A stretch of DNA of 64,000 bases from Verrucomicrobiaceae bacterium (lineage in GTDB: Bacteria > Verrucomicrobiota > Verrucomicrobiia > Verrucomicrobiales > Akkermansiaceae): assembly GCA_051252135.1 (NCBI GenBank), contig JBPOGH010000007.1, positions 174,892 through 238,891 on the forward strand, given 5' to 3'. A program made the translations under genes and the position numbers. Below the pieces are notes generated by a model that ran no database searches, had not been told where the DNA came from, and worked only from the letters and a program-made list of their open reading frames with translations. Positions 1 to 9,769 of this stretch are shown in pieces. Positions within the stretch are counted from its first letter, which is position 1; every line of letters begins with the position of its first letter.

Positions 1-74
1 TCCTCGTCCTCAAAAGGTCGTCCGGATCCGGCGCATTCGCGGGCTCGTGATTTGATGCTCCAAGGCTCTTTCAT
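1..74 (-). CDS. 5' end of a hypothetical protein (runs off the window start)
   Basis: ATG at 74-72 opens MKEPWSIKSRARECAGSGRPFEDE..., 39 bp downstream of the permease stop on the same strand. Not in the ORF track because it is truncated. Confidence 0.5.
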   Translation of the reverse strand, partial: MKEPWSIKSRARECAGSGRPFEDE

Positions 75-113
75 TCTTAGTGGTTGGCTGGTGATTCCTT
101 CGATGAAGCTGGT

Positions 114-1523
114 TTAGAATGGAAGGAGTTTTTTCAGCGTTTGATAGATGGGTCTGCCGACGAGACGTCGCTGAATGAGAATCAAGGCGAGGACGGTGGC
201 GGCGATGTTTGTTCCCCAGGCTGCCCAAAACGGGGGCAGGTATCCGGATTCTCCGAGGGCGAGGAAGACGGTGGTGGTGAACATCATTCCGGCACAGAGA
301 AAGATGGCGAGTGCGATTCCTCCGGCAGCGCCACGACGGGTAAAGACGATCCCCAGAGGCGCGGCGAGCAGGACAAGGGCGAGGCAGATGCCGGGTTGGG
401 CCCAGCGATAATGCCATTGGGTGAGGAAGCGCCGTTTGTTGGCCCAGGCTTCATTCTTATTTACTCTGAGCCATGAGTAGAGCTCGGGGACACCCAGGTT
501 CTCGGCGGCGAGGCCCGGTTTGATGATTCGCCAGGGAGGCTCGGTCCATTTGATGCGCCGGTATTCTCCCTTGGGGATTTCGTATTCCGGCATCAGGGGA
601 CCTCCTTCAAAGAGATGGCGGTTGAGATGTTGGATCTCGACCTTGTCGAATACCCAGTTGGTTCGCTCGGAGTCCCAAGTGGCGGTTTCGGCCTGTAAGC
701 GCATAACGGGTTCACCATCTGTATCAAATGTGCGGACGACGACGTTGCGCAGTGGTTCTCCTTGAGTGTGGTTGTAGGGAAAGCTACCGATGAACCAGAG
801 GCGGCGATGTTTTTTGTTAAAGTAGACGACATTGCGTGCCTGACTGGTTGACCCCTCGCGCGCCTGTTCGATGAGGGCCTCCTTGTATCCGTCCGCCCAG
901 GGGGCCCATTGATAATTGAAGCCGAGGCAGAGGAGGCTTGCGAGGGAGCCCACGACGGCAAGTGGAAGAATCAGTCTGACGACGCCGCGGCCCGTCTGAA
1001 TCATGGAGACGATTTCCTGGCTTCGTGACATTTTGCCCAAACAGAAAAGTAGGGCGAGGAGGAGGGCGAAGGGAGCCAGCTCCACAAACACCAGAGGGAA
1101 GAGCATCCCATAGTATCGGGCCATGAGCGCGCCGCCTCCTTCGGCATTCTTGAAATCCCCCATATTGTCGGTAAGGTCGAGGAGGGTCCAAATGGCGTAT
1201 AGGGTTGAAAATGTGAGGATGAACGCCCCGAAGAATTGACGGATGAGGTAGCGATCCAGTGAGCGGACGAGGGCGTAGTAAAGTCCTCCCAGCGCAGGAA
1301 TGAAGCAGACCGCAGTCAGGACAGCGGGGCGCAAGAGGTGGGCAAAGGCGTAAGAATCGGGAAAGCCAATCAGGTGGAGATCCACGGCGTTTTGCTCCAA
1401 GGGTGCCAAGGTGGATGCCAGACCGGCTCCAAGGATCGCGAAGACGATGGCAGGGAGGAAGCGGTGAAACAGGTCGCGGGTGTCCAAGGCGGGAAAGCTA
1501 AACTGAAAGATGGGTAAAGCCAA
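114..1523 (-). CDS. LptF/LptG family LPS export ABC permease
   Basis: LDRYLIRQF, three TM helices, EIVSMIQTG (coupling helix), periplasmic beta-rich domain, three C-terminal TM helices ending PPFWAAWGTN. Start uncertain. Confidence 0.9.
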   Translation of the reverse strand: MALPIFQFSFPALDTRDLFHRFLPAIVFAILGAGLASTLAPLEQNAVDLHLIGFPDSYAFAHLLRPAVLTAVCFIPALGGLYYALVRSLDRYLIRQFFGAFILTFSTLYAIWTLLDLTDNMGDFKNAEGGGALMARYYGMLFPLVFVELAPFALLLALLFCLGKMSRSQEIVSMIQTGRGVVRLILPLAVVGSLASLLCLGFNYQWAPWADGYKEALIEQAREGSTSQARNVVYFNKKHRRLWFIGSFPYNHTQGEPLRNVVVRTFDTDGEPVMRLQAETATWDSERTNWVFDKVEIQHLNRHLFEGGPLMPEYEIPKGEYRRIKWTEPPWRIIKPGLAAENLGVPELYSWLRVNKNEAWANKRRFLTQWHYRWAQPGICLALVLLAAPLGIVFTRRGAAGGIALAIFLCAGMMFTTTVFLALGESGYLPPFWAAWGTNIAATVLALILIQRRLVGRPIYQTLKKLLPF

Positions 1524-1579
1524 CCGCTAAGCCTAACGGGTGAAAGGGTTTTCTTAAGTTACCCGTAGTAAGCGAAGTC

Positions 1580-3451
1580 ATGTTCACCCCACGACGCGAA
1601 GATCTTAAACTTGCAGCTGCTTGCGGCCTCTTATTGATAGGAGGAATTGCCTTGTGGCCGCTGATTCCCGAACAAGGGATTGAATCAGCGGAAGGAGAGG
1701 TTCGACCAAGACGGGTCGAGAACCGGATTTCGATTCTTGAGAATTCGGTGGAGGAAGAGAACGGCGGGCCGCTGATCGATGGTGGAGATGGTTCTGCAAC
1801 GCCGCGGGTATCAGCAGGCGATGTGGCGCCGAATCGTGTCGTAGATGTGGACGGGGACGAACTTTCCAAGGAAGAGAGAGGGGGAGGCGCAGCGCAGTGG
1901 GAGAAAGATGAGTATACAGTGATGTCCGGTCTGAGGGCCCGCCTGTTGATGGAAGCGGTGGAGCGTGCGCTTCATTCCAAAACCCCATGGTCCGATCTCT
2001 CAGTGGTGGCGATGGCCTTTGCGAGGGCGGGGGATCAGGAGACGGCTCAATATTGGTTCGCCCGTGCCGCACGGCTTGCCCAGGATCCCGACGATGTTGG
2101 TAAAGCCTCGAAAGCGATGCGGGAAGTGGTGAAGAGTCTGGTACAGGCCAAGTATCTCAAGGAGGCGTCTGAATTGATTAATAGAATTCCCGATCAAGGA
2201 GAGAAGGCACGTGCCCAATCCGAGATGGTCCGTGCATTTGCCGGGAAGGGTGATTTTGAAGAAGCGAGAGAGATCGTATCGACCTTGGCAGACGACGCGG
2301 CAAAGGGGGTGGCGCTACGGTATATTGCCGAGTATGAAGCCAAACGTTTGGGGTTTGAGGAAGCAAGGCGGACGATTCAATCAATTTTGAAAGGCGATCT
2401 TCGTGATGATGCTTCTTCACGAGTCGCTTTGATTCTTGCGGGAAAGGGAGAGGGGGAGTCGGCGATGGTTTTGGTAAACCAGATCGGAGATGAGCGGATT
2501 AGGGACCTGGCGCTGACGCGGATTGCCTCTCTCCAGTCGGCTGGAAGCGGCTTTTCGGCGGAATCTCTGATGACATTGATTAGCGATCCGTTTTTCCGTG
2601 ACAGCGCGTTGCGTAACCTGGTTTCGAACGAACTGGATCGGCGTAATCTGGGGTCGGCGGAGACGGTGGCCAATCGAATTAAGAACGCCAACCAGCGAGC
2701 CAAGGCCTACGAGTCATTGGTGATGTTGCAGATTCGCTATGGCGATGTGCGCGGAGCGTTTGAGAGGGCTCAGCGGATTCGACTGGAGGAGCCTCGATTT
2801 AGAGCCCTTCAGGCGGTGGCTATTTCCTATATCAAGGAGGCGGGAGTAGCCGCGGCGCGCAACATCGCCAATCTGATTGGCGACCCGGAGATGAGAGATA
2901 AGACCTACGGGAAGATTGCCTTTAGGGCTTCGCAAGTGGGTCAGAGTCGACAAGCGGAGGAAACGGCAGCCTATATCAGGGACTCGGGAGAGCGGGCAAT
3001 GGTATTGGCAAATATCGCTCTGACTCAGGCAAAGTATGGAGATGATCAATTTGCCCGTCGACTGGCAGGGACTGTCAGCAAAGAAATTGAAGTGACCCAA
3101 TCTGTCAGGGAATCGGAGCGGGCGACAGGTTTGCTTGCTGAAGTGCATGCGGAAACAGGAGATTCCAATGCGGCGTTCGAGGTCGCGTCTTCGATCGACA
3201 ATAGCGGGGTGAGAGACATGACTTATCAGAAAATAGCGGTTCGTTTTGCGCGATCGAAAGAGCTTCATTTGGCTGAGCAGAGTGCCAACTTGATTGAACG
3301 TGACCTCACCAGAGAGAGGGCACTCGACTCAGTAGCACAAGTTTTGGCTGGAGGGGTGTCGGCAGCCGATGCCCTCGACGTGGCCTCCCGGCTCGAGGGG
3401 CGACGTCAGCAGGTTCGATTTCTGGTGTCGGTTGCCGGACGAAAATCCTGA
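1580..3451 (+). CDS. Membrane-anchored helical-repeat (TPR-like) hypothetical protein
   Basis: N-terminal hydrophobic segment, acidic linker, then many ~38-aa repeats of the type A..I.D...RD.AL..IA. Confidence 0.7.
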   Translation: MFTPRREDLKLAAACGLLLIGGIALWPLIPEQGIESAEGEVRPRRVENRISILENSVEEENGGPLIDGGDGSATPRVSAGDVAPNRVVDVDGDELSKEERGGGAAQWEKDEYTVMSGLRARLLMEAVERALHSKTPWSDLSVVAMAFARAGDQETAQYWFARAARLAQDPDDVGKASKAMREVVKSLVQAKYLKEASELINRIPDQGEKARAQSEMVRAFAGKGDFEEAREIVSTLADDAAKGVALRYIAEYEAKRLGFEEARRTIQSILKGDLRDDASSRVALILAGKGEGESAMVLVNQIGDERIRDLALTRIASLQSAGSGFSAESLMTLISDPFFRDSALRNLVSNELDRRNLGSAETVANRIKNANQRAKAYESLVMLQIRYGDVRGAFERAQRIRLEEPRFRALQAVAISYIKEAGVAAARNIANLIGDPEMRDKTYGKIAFRASQVGQSRQAEETAAYIRDSGERAMVLANIALTQAKYGDDQFARRLAGTVSKEIEVTQSVRESERATGLLAEVHAETGDSNAAFEVASSIDNSGVRDMTYQKIAVRFARSKELHLAEQSANLIERDLTRERALDSVAQVLAGGVSAADALDVASRLEGRRQQVRFLVSVAGRKS

Positions 3452-3487
3452 CTGTTCATCTGAAAAAGTCGGGATAGTTTCCGGCTA

Positions 3488-4819
3488 ATGAAACTCGCTC
3501 CGCATTGGCAGATTTTGATCTCGTTGGCCCTGGCGATTAGCCTGGGATTGTTTATCAGAGCCTTAGGTTGGACCGATACCGGGTTTGGAGCAGGAGTGGT
3601 GAGCCTATGCACCTTGCTCGGGAGTGTGTTCATGAGTCTGCTGAAGATGATCATTGTTCCTTTGGTTGTGTCGTCAGTGATTGCGGGGATTGCGAGTCTT
3701 CACGGGGTTCAAGGTTTTGGACGCCTTCTTGGAAAGACGGCGGGATTCTATGCTCTGACCAGTACGTTGGCGATTTGTCTGGGGCTTGCACTCGTGAACA
3801 TTATCGAGCCGGGTCTCGTGAATGGTGAGGCTAATACGGAGATTCGGGATGCCTTCACCAGTCATGAAGCGAGCGAATCGGAACTCTCCAAAATTGATGC
3901 TGCCAAAGCGCAGAGTACCGAACAGGGAGGTTTTTTCGCCCAAATGAGCGGTTTTTTGCTTCGAATGATTCCAACCAACATTTTTGAAGCAGCTTCCAAT
4001 AACGGACAAATGTTGGGACTGATCTTCTTCAGTCTCTGTTTTGCATTGGCGCTGACCCGTTTGCCTTTGAAGAGCGTCGGGGGCCTTCGAGATGGATTTG
4101 TGGCATTCAACGATGTGATGATCGTGATGACCAATGTGATCATGAAGTTGGCACCGATTGGGGTGTTTGGTTTGATCGTGCCCGTGGTGGTAGAGACGGG
4201 GGGCTCTTTGTTTGGAAATCTGGCGAAGTATTTTGTGACGGTTCTTTTGGCGTTAGGCATCCACATGTTCGTGATTATGCCGCTTGTCATCCGGGTTCTT
4301 GCCGGGGTGAATCCGCTCAATCATTTCAAGGCGATGCGGACGGCTTTGCTGACTGCGTTTTCGACGGCATCATCATCCGCGACACTTCCGGTAACGTTGC
4401 GTTGCATTCAAGAAAAAGCGGGCGTTTCAAAGCAGACGGCAAGTTTCACGCTGCCACTTGGAGCGACGGTGAATATGGACGGAACAGCCTTATACGAATG
4501 TGTTGCGGTGATATTTGTGGCCCAAGTGATGGGTGTGGATATGAGTATGACGGCTCAATTCATGGTGGTTGCGGCCGCGTTGCTGACCAGTATCGGGGTG
4601 GCGGGAATTCCATCGGCATCTTTGGTGGCGATCTTTATTATTCTTAAGAATTCCCACATCGACGGCGCGGAAACAGCAGTTGTTGCGCTGCTTGCGGTAG
4701 ATCGCCTGCTTGATATGAGTCGCACGGCGGTGAATGTCTTTGGAGACAGTTGCGCAGCGATTGTGGTGGCCAAGAGCGAGGGTGAGGAGCTTTTCGCGGA
4801 GGGTTGGGATAAGGAATAA
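3488..4819 (+). CDS. Dicarboxylate/amino acid:cation symporter (DAACS, GltP-like)
   Basis: Signature motifs FSTASSSATLP, LPLGATVNMDGTALY and DRLLDMSRTAVNVFGD. Confidence 0.95.
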   Translation: MKLAPHWQILISLALAISLGLFIRALGWTDTGFGAGVVSLCTLLGSVFMSLLKMIIVPLVVSSVIAGIASLHGVQGFGRLLGKTAGFYALTSTLAICLGLALVNIIEPGLVNGEANTEIRDAFTSHEASESELSKIDAAKAQSTEQGGFFAQMSGFLLRMIPTNIFEAASNNGQMLGLIFFSLCFALALTRLPLKSVGGLRDGFVAFNDVMIVMTNVIMKLAPIGVFGLIVPVVVETGGSLFGNLAKYFVTVLLALGIHMFVIMPLVIRVLAGVNPLNHFKAMRTALLTAFSTASSSATLPVTLRCIQEKAGVSKQTASFTLPLGATVNMDGTALYECVAVIFVAQVMGVDMSMTAQFMVVAAALLTSIGVAGIPSASLVAIFIILKNSHIDGAETAVVALLAVDRLLDMSRTAVNVFGDSCAAIVVAKSEGEELFAEGWDKE

Positions 4820-4851
4820 AAAAAGCACAGCTCCCGAAAGAGCTGTGCTTT
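4820..4851. terminator. Probable bidirectional intrinsic terminator
   Basis: AAAGCACAGCTC-CCGAAA-GAGCTGTGCTTT hairpin with a flanking A-run, between convergent genes. Confidence 0.8.
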
Positions 4852-4868
4852 GTAAGAAGGGAGAGTTG

Positions 4869-7800
4869 TTAATTGTCCTCGATCCTGAAGAAGGCCCTGG
4901 TGTTCTCTCCGAGTGCTCCCGGAATGATGACTGCGGCCTCTCCATCCGAATCGGTGGAGAAGGACATTTCGGGCTCAAACGCGAAGAAGTCGTTATTGAG
5001 GGTAAGCGACTTGGTGACCTTGTAGGAGCTGTTTGGTGCACCTTTGATCAGCATCAGGAAGTCTCCGTTGTTGTTGCGTGCCGTGGCCGTCACCCGAACG
5101 GCACCCAAGGGGTCGGCCGGTCCGGTCAGTTCGAAACCGTTGATAGCAAACAGCTGCCGGTGGACGGCGGTGTTTGAATACGGGGTGAACTCAAAGATGA
5201 CATCGCTTGTGCCGTCGGCGGTGAAGTTGAATCTAACGGAAGAAGGAAGGGCTGCCGGGTCGATTGAGCCGGGGTTTTCCGCTCCCTGATAACGGACCGG
5301 AGCAACGGGATTTCCTCCGCCAGTACTGTTCGTCATAGGGAAGGTACCATCTGCGTTTGGCCCTGTGACAGGGACAAAAGTTGTTCCACCATCAGTTGAT
5401 ACAGAAACGGCAAACGGAGCGTGAACGTTTTCCGTATCGTGGTGGAAGGAGAGCCAGCTGTAGTTGCCGGCGGGAAGACCTCCAAGCGCGATTCGCATCC
5501 GGGTAGGGGTTCCGGTGGTGCCATCATAATCGCCGAGTCCTCCGTTTCCGGTCCTGGTGTCGATTCCGAGCCAGTCGGAGAGAAGGTTGACGCGGTCACC
5601 GTGCCAATTGTCATTGTTACCCTCCCCACGGCCAATTGATTGCTGAACCCTGTTGTCAGAGGTGTCAGGCCAAGTGGGGGTGACGGTGATGGTCTTGCCG
5701 AAGGCGACGTAGCTGCCGGGAGTGAATTCTTCAGCAGCTTCATGGTTGGCATGATAGGACTGGTAGCCCAATTGGTTGAATGCTGCGGTCGATTCCTCGG
5801 GTTCGGCACCGGCGGAATCGCCTCCGCCGGCCTGATTGGAGTTGAAGTCGATGAAGAGTTGGTTCGGCAGCGGCTGTGGATAAATGGCGATATTGTTGTC
5901 ATCGATGTCATTTACCTGGCTGTATCCATCAAGGTCTTGATCGGGGAAGGAGGCGAGATCGTTAAGAGCCGAACCGGCCAGGAATTCCCAAAAATCACTG
6001 AAGGTATCACTGTCAGTATCGGCGAGCAGGGGATTGCTTGCGAGGTCATTGATTTCCTGCCCATCAAGCAATCCATCGTTGTCGGTATCCATGTCGAAGG
6101 GATCGGTTTTATGGGTGTTCACTTCGGCGCCATCCTTGAGGCCGTCGCCATCGGTGTCATCCAATTCAATGTTGGTTCCCAAGTAAAACTCTTCGATGTT
6201 GCTGAGATTATCGTTGTCGATGTCTCCGCTAGCATCAGGAAAGTTAGGGTTGAGGCCGGTGATGGTGTTTTCCACGCTATCCGGAATAAGGTCTCCATCC
6301 GTGTCTGCATCCGGATAGATTTCGAGTCCGTTGACGACGAAGAGGCTTTCCGCGACCACTTCGCCTCCTGCTCCATCGTCTCCTGCGAGGACAGAGTAGA
6401 CGACCTCGATCGGGGTCGAAGGTCCCGTTGATTCGATCAGAAAGTTGCTTGTCGAAGGAAGATCCCGTGGGGAAGCTCCGGCGGAAACGGCTGCGGTGGC
6501 GCTGGTCGTTCCCGATTTTTCAAAGATTACGGCATCAATATGATTGGCGTCTGTCAGGCGTAGCTGGAAATCTCCTGTGATATTCTGGGTATCATGATGA
6601 TGGGAGATGTAGAGGTATTTGCCAGCGGGGAGTCCCGTGAGGGTGAATCGCATTTCAGTGCGGTCGGTGACTCCTCCGCCTCCGTTGGCGACGCGGGCAT
6701 CAACTCCGATCCAGTCCCGAATCATTCTAGAATTGGCTCCCTGATATTGAGTTCCACCGCGAGTGAGGAGTCTCTTGACGGTGCGGGGCCATGATCCGCC
6801 AGCGGGAATGGGATAGTCCACAGCCAAGGTAACATCATTGCTACCGCCAAATGCAGTTGTGGGGAAAATGACAGATTTATCGGTTTCGCCGTCTGTTTGA
6901 TCCGGCCCGACATAGGGGAGGTAATCAGGATCATGGTCAGGGCCGCCGCCGGTTGAGCTGAAGTCGATCAACAGACCTGTGCTTGGGATTGAAAAACTGG
7001 AATTATCCGTTGGCGAAGTGCCCGCTGCGATTTCCTGATCATCAGTGAAGTAATCACCATCAGTATCAGCGAGAACAGGGGAGGTGCCGTGGATGTTGAC
7101 TTCATCTCCGTCTGTCAAAGTGTCATCGTCAGTGTCGTCATCCTGAGGGTCGGTTTCGTCTCCGGAATCGATGGTGGCATCGTTTCCAAGATATTCCTGA
7201 AAATTGGTGAGTCCGTCATTGTCCGGATCACCGGCAGCACCATTGGGTCCGTCTTTGGCTCCAGCGGTGGATTCTCCAATAGTGCCATCATCATTGGGAT
7301 CGAGCCCGTTGAGGGTTTCATAGAGATCGGGCATTCCATCGCCATCCGTGTCTCCGGTTACCGCCAGTTCGAGTCCGTTCAGGGCGAAGATCTGTTTGTG
7401 GACAGCGGTAGTCGAGTAAGGGGTATATCTGAGGACAACATCATCTCCCGTCGCAGTGAAAATGAAGGTGACGGTGGAGGGGAGGTCTCTGGGGTCTCCG
7501 GAAGAAGGGTTGGCGATGCCGTTTTGAGGATTGGGATCGACAGGGTTGCCGGTGCCGGTCGAGCTTGTCATTGAGAAGGTCTGATTGGCATTTGGACCGG
7601 AGATTACGGAAAAAGTCGCGCCTTCATCCGTCGAAACCTCCACGAGGAAGTCAGTATGAACGTTTTCAGTATCGTGGTGGTAAGAAGTGAGGGAATATTC
7701 ATTGGCAGGAATTCCCGAGAGGGTGACGAGCATGGTGGTTGCTGTACCGGTAGTGCCATCGAAATCGCCATTTCCACCTTGGCTGGTGCGAGTGTCGATT

Positions 7801-8138
7801 CCGATAAAGTCGGTGATTAAATCGAGCTTAGAACCGCCCCAGTTGTTGTCATTTCCAGCAGCACGATCGATCATTTGCATGACCGTGTTGGCGGTGGAGT
7901 CCGGCCAAGAGGGGGTGATGGAGATCGATGAGCCCAAGGCGCTGAAGGATTGTGTGATGAAGTCAGTTTCCACTTCGTGCCCTGCGTTATACGCCTGATA
8001 GTTGAGCTCATTATGTGGACCTCCATCCTGAGTGGTTGAGTTGAAATCGACCAAGAGTGCCTGGCCGGAGCCAACCGAGGTTAGCGCGGTGGTGAGTAGA
8101 AAACTCAGCGTGTGTTTGGGGAATTGAAGTCGCCTCAT
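4869..8138 (-). CDS. Secreted multidomain protein with three copies of an unknown ~230-aa domain and DxDxDG Ca-binding (TSP3-like) repeats
   Basis: Signal peptide from ATG 8138 (MRRLQFPK...), repeated LL[VI]DF[NS]S...HHDT[EQ]N domain, DTDGDG repeats, C-terminal RAFFRIEDN. Confidence 0.8.
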   Translation of the reverse strand: MRRLQFPKHTLSFLLTTALTSVGSGQALLVDFNSTTQDGGPHNELNYQAYNAGHEVETDFITQSFSALGSSISITPSWPDSTANTVMQMIDRAAGNDNNWGGSKLDLITDFIGIDTRTSQGGNGDFDGTTGTATTMLVTLSGIPANEYSLTSYHHDTENVHTDFLVEVSTDEGATFSVISGPNANQTFSMTSSTGTGNPVDPNPQNGIANPSSGDPRDLPSTVTFIFTATGDDVVLRYTPYSTTAVHKQIFALNGLELAVTGDTDGDGMPDLYETLNGLDPNDDGTIGESTAGAKDGPNGAAGDPDNDGLTNFQEYLGNDATIDSGDETDPQDDDTDDDTLTDGDEVNIHGTSPVLADTDGDYFTDDQEIAAGTSPTDNSSFSIPSTGLLIDFSSTGGGPDHDPDYLPYVGPDQTDGETDKSVIFPTTAFGGSNDVTLAVDYPIPAGGSWPRTVKRLLTRGGTQYQGANSRMIRDWIGVDARVANGGGGVTDRTEMRFTLTGLPAGKYLYISHHHDTQNITGDFQLRLTDANHIDAVIFEKSGTTSATAAVSAGASPRDLPSTSNFLIESTGPSTPIEVVYSVLAGDDGAGGEVVAESLFVVNGLEIYPDADTDGDLIPDSVENTITGLNPNFPDASGDIDNDNLSNIEEFYLGTNIELDDTDGDGLKDGAEVNTHKTDPFDMDTDNDGLLDGQEINDLASNPLLADTDSDTFSDFWEFLAGSALNDLASFPDQDLDGYSQVNDIDDNNIAIYPQPLPNQLFIDFNSNQAGGGDSAGAEPEESTAAFNQLGYQSYHANHEAAEEFTPGSYVAFGKTITVTPTWPDTSDNRVQQSIGRGEGNNDNWHGDRVNLLSDWLGIDTRTGNGGLGDYDGTTGTPTRMRIALGGLPAGNYSWLSFHHDTENVHAPFAVSVSTDGGTTFVPVTGPNADGTFPMTNSTGGGNPVAPVRYQGAENPGSIDPAALPSSVRFNFTADGTSDVIFEFTPYSNTAVHRQLFAINGFELTGPADPLGAVRVTATARNNNGDFLMLIKGAPNSSYKVTKSLTLNNDFFAFEPEMSFSTDSDGEAAVIIPGALGENTRAFFRIEDN

Positions 8139-8191
8139 AGTTGTGTGTATTACAACTAGCACGCTAGGGAGATGATTCTTCTACGACAAGG

Positions 8192-8214
8192 AAAAGAGCC
8201 GATAAAGACGGCTT
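8192..8214 (-). terminator. Possible weak terminator after nuoN
   Basis: Minus strand reads AAGCCG-TCTTTAT-CGGCTC-TTTT. Confidence 0.3.
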
Positions 8215-8292
8215 GGTCTTAGCCTCCGAATTGTCCAACCAAGTGGGACTGTGGGAGGAGAGGTCTGACTCAGAGGTGAGGGGTTGCCACCG

Positions 8293-9735
8293 CTAACCAG
8301 GCAGCAGCCACAGGATTGGCTGGGGGAAAATGCCCAGGATAATCACCAGAGCAGTGAGTGTCGCAATGACATAGAAAGAGAGAGGGCGAACGTTGATTGG
8401 CGAGGAATCCAGAGACTTTCTCCAATACATCGCACGGACGATCTTGAAGTAGTAATAGAATCCTGCGGCAGCGCCGACAAACCCGAGAATTACGGGGAGC
8501 CAGAGGTTGGCGGAAATAGCCGCCTGAAATGCGAAGAATTTTCCAAGGAATCCGGCAGTGAGCGGGAGTCCTGCGAGGGCACCTACGACAATGGTGGTGA
8601 GAAAGGCGAGGGCGGGATTTCTGGAGCCGAGACCTTCAAAGGCTGCGATTTCATCAGAACCGCTATCACGATGGACGGCGGCGAGAATGAAGAAGGCGGC
8701 GAAGGTCATGATGAAGTAGACGGCGAGATAGAAGCCGGTGACTTGCGGTGCGCTCAAATCTTTGGTGCCATTCCAGGAGGCGATGGCCATGAGGATGAAG
8801 CCGGCATTGGCGATGGAAGAATAAGCGAGGAGGCGCTTAAAGTTGGTTTGTGGAATCGCGGCGAGGTTTCCGAGGAGGATGGTAGCGCCGGCGAGAACCG
8901 AGACGATGAAAGTGGTCTTGGCGGCAGTGAACTCGTTGGCAAAGAAGGGCTCGAGAACACGGAGGGCCACGGCGAATCCGGAAGCTTTCGAGGCAACGGA
9001 AAGAAAGGCAGTGGTTGGCGTGGGAGCGCCCTGGTAGACGTCGGGAATCCAGAGGTGCATGGGGACAGCACCGACCTTGAAAGCGAGAGAGATCAGGATC
9101 AGAGCGAGACCAAAGAGGAGGAAGGTGGAATTTGCGGCGTTTCCTCCGGTCGCGATGGCGTCAAGGGAAGTGGTTCCGACGGCTCCGTAAATCCAGGCGA
9201 TTCCGTAAACGAGGAATCCGGTTGAAAGGGCTCCGAGGATGAGGAATTTTACTCCAGCTTCAAGGGAGCCCACATTGCGGCGCATGTAGGCGACGAGGAT
9301 GTAGAGGGTGATGGTAGTGAGTTCGAGAGAAACGAAGAGAGAGACGAGATCCTTGGCCGAAGCCATCCACATCATTCCAGCAACGGCGAAGAGGATGAGG
9401 CAGTAGTATTCACCGGTGGTGTCTTCGGAATCGGGGTTTGCCGTGAATTTTGCGAGAATCTTGCGATAGTCCAAGCTCAGGAGAAGGGTGAAGATACCGG
9501 CCAGAAGAGCGAAGCCTTTAAAGAACTTGGCCTGGCCATCAAAGGCGTAGAATCGAGCCATCTCATCGTTGTTTTCGGGTGGGTGCGCGGTGAAGAGGAG
9601 CACGAGGGCGAAAACAAGTGCTCCAATTCCGAGGCAATTGATGAGGAATTTTTCGGTGCGGGGAAGGAAGGCCTCCAGCATGAGGAGGACGATCCCGGCG
9701 AGGACGACGTAGGCTTCTAACCAGTGAGCGGGCAT
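8293..9735 (-). CDS. nuoN: NADH-quinone oxidoreductase subunit N
   Basis: EAGVKFLILG, FKVGAVPMHLWIPDVYQGAP and KRLLAYSSIA motifs; last gene of the nuo run. Confidence 0.95.
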   Translation of the reverse strand: MPAHWLEAYVVLAGIVLLMLEAFLPRTEKFLINCLGIGALVFALVLLFTAHPPENNDEMARFYAFDGQAKFFKGFALLAGIFTLLLSLDYRKILAKFTANPDSEDTTGEYYCLILFAVAGMMWMASAKDLVSLFVSLELTTITLYILVAYMRRNVGSLEAGVKFLILGALSTGFLVYGIAWIYGAVGTTSLDAIATGGNAANSTFLLFGLALILISLAFKVGAVPMHLWIPDVYQGAPTPTTAFLSVASKASGFAVALRVLEPFFANEFTAAKTTFIVSVLAGATILLGNLAAIPQTNFKRLLAYSSIANAGFILMAIASWNGTKDLSAPQVTGFYLAVYFIMTFAAFFILAAVHRDSGSDEIAAFEGLGSRNPALAFLTTIVVGALAGLPLTAGFLGKFFAFQAAISANLWLPVILGFVGAAAGFYYYFKIVRAMYWRKSLDSSPINVRPLSFYVIATLTALVIILGIFPQPILWLLPG

Positions 9736-9769
9736 GGGAATGAGAAGTCGAAAGGATTAACGGAAGAGA

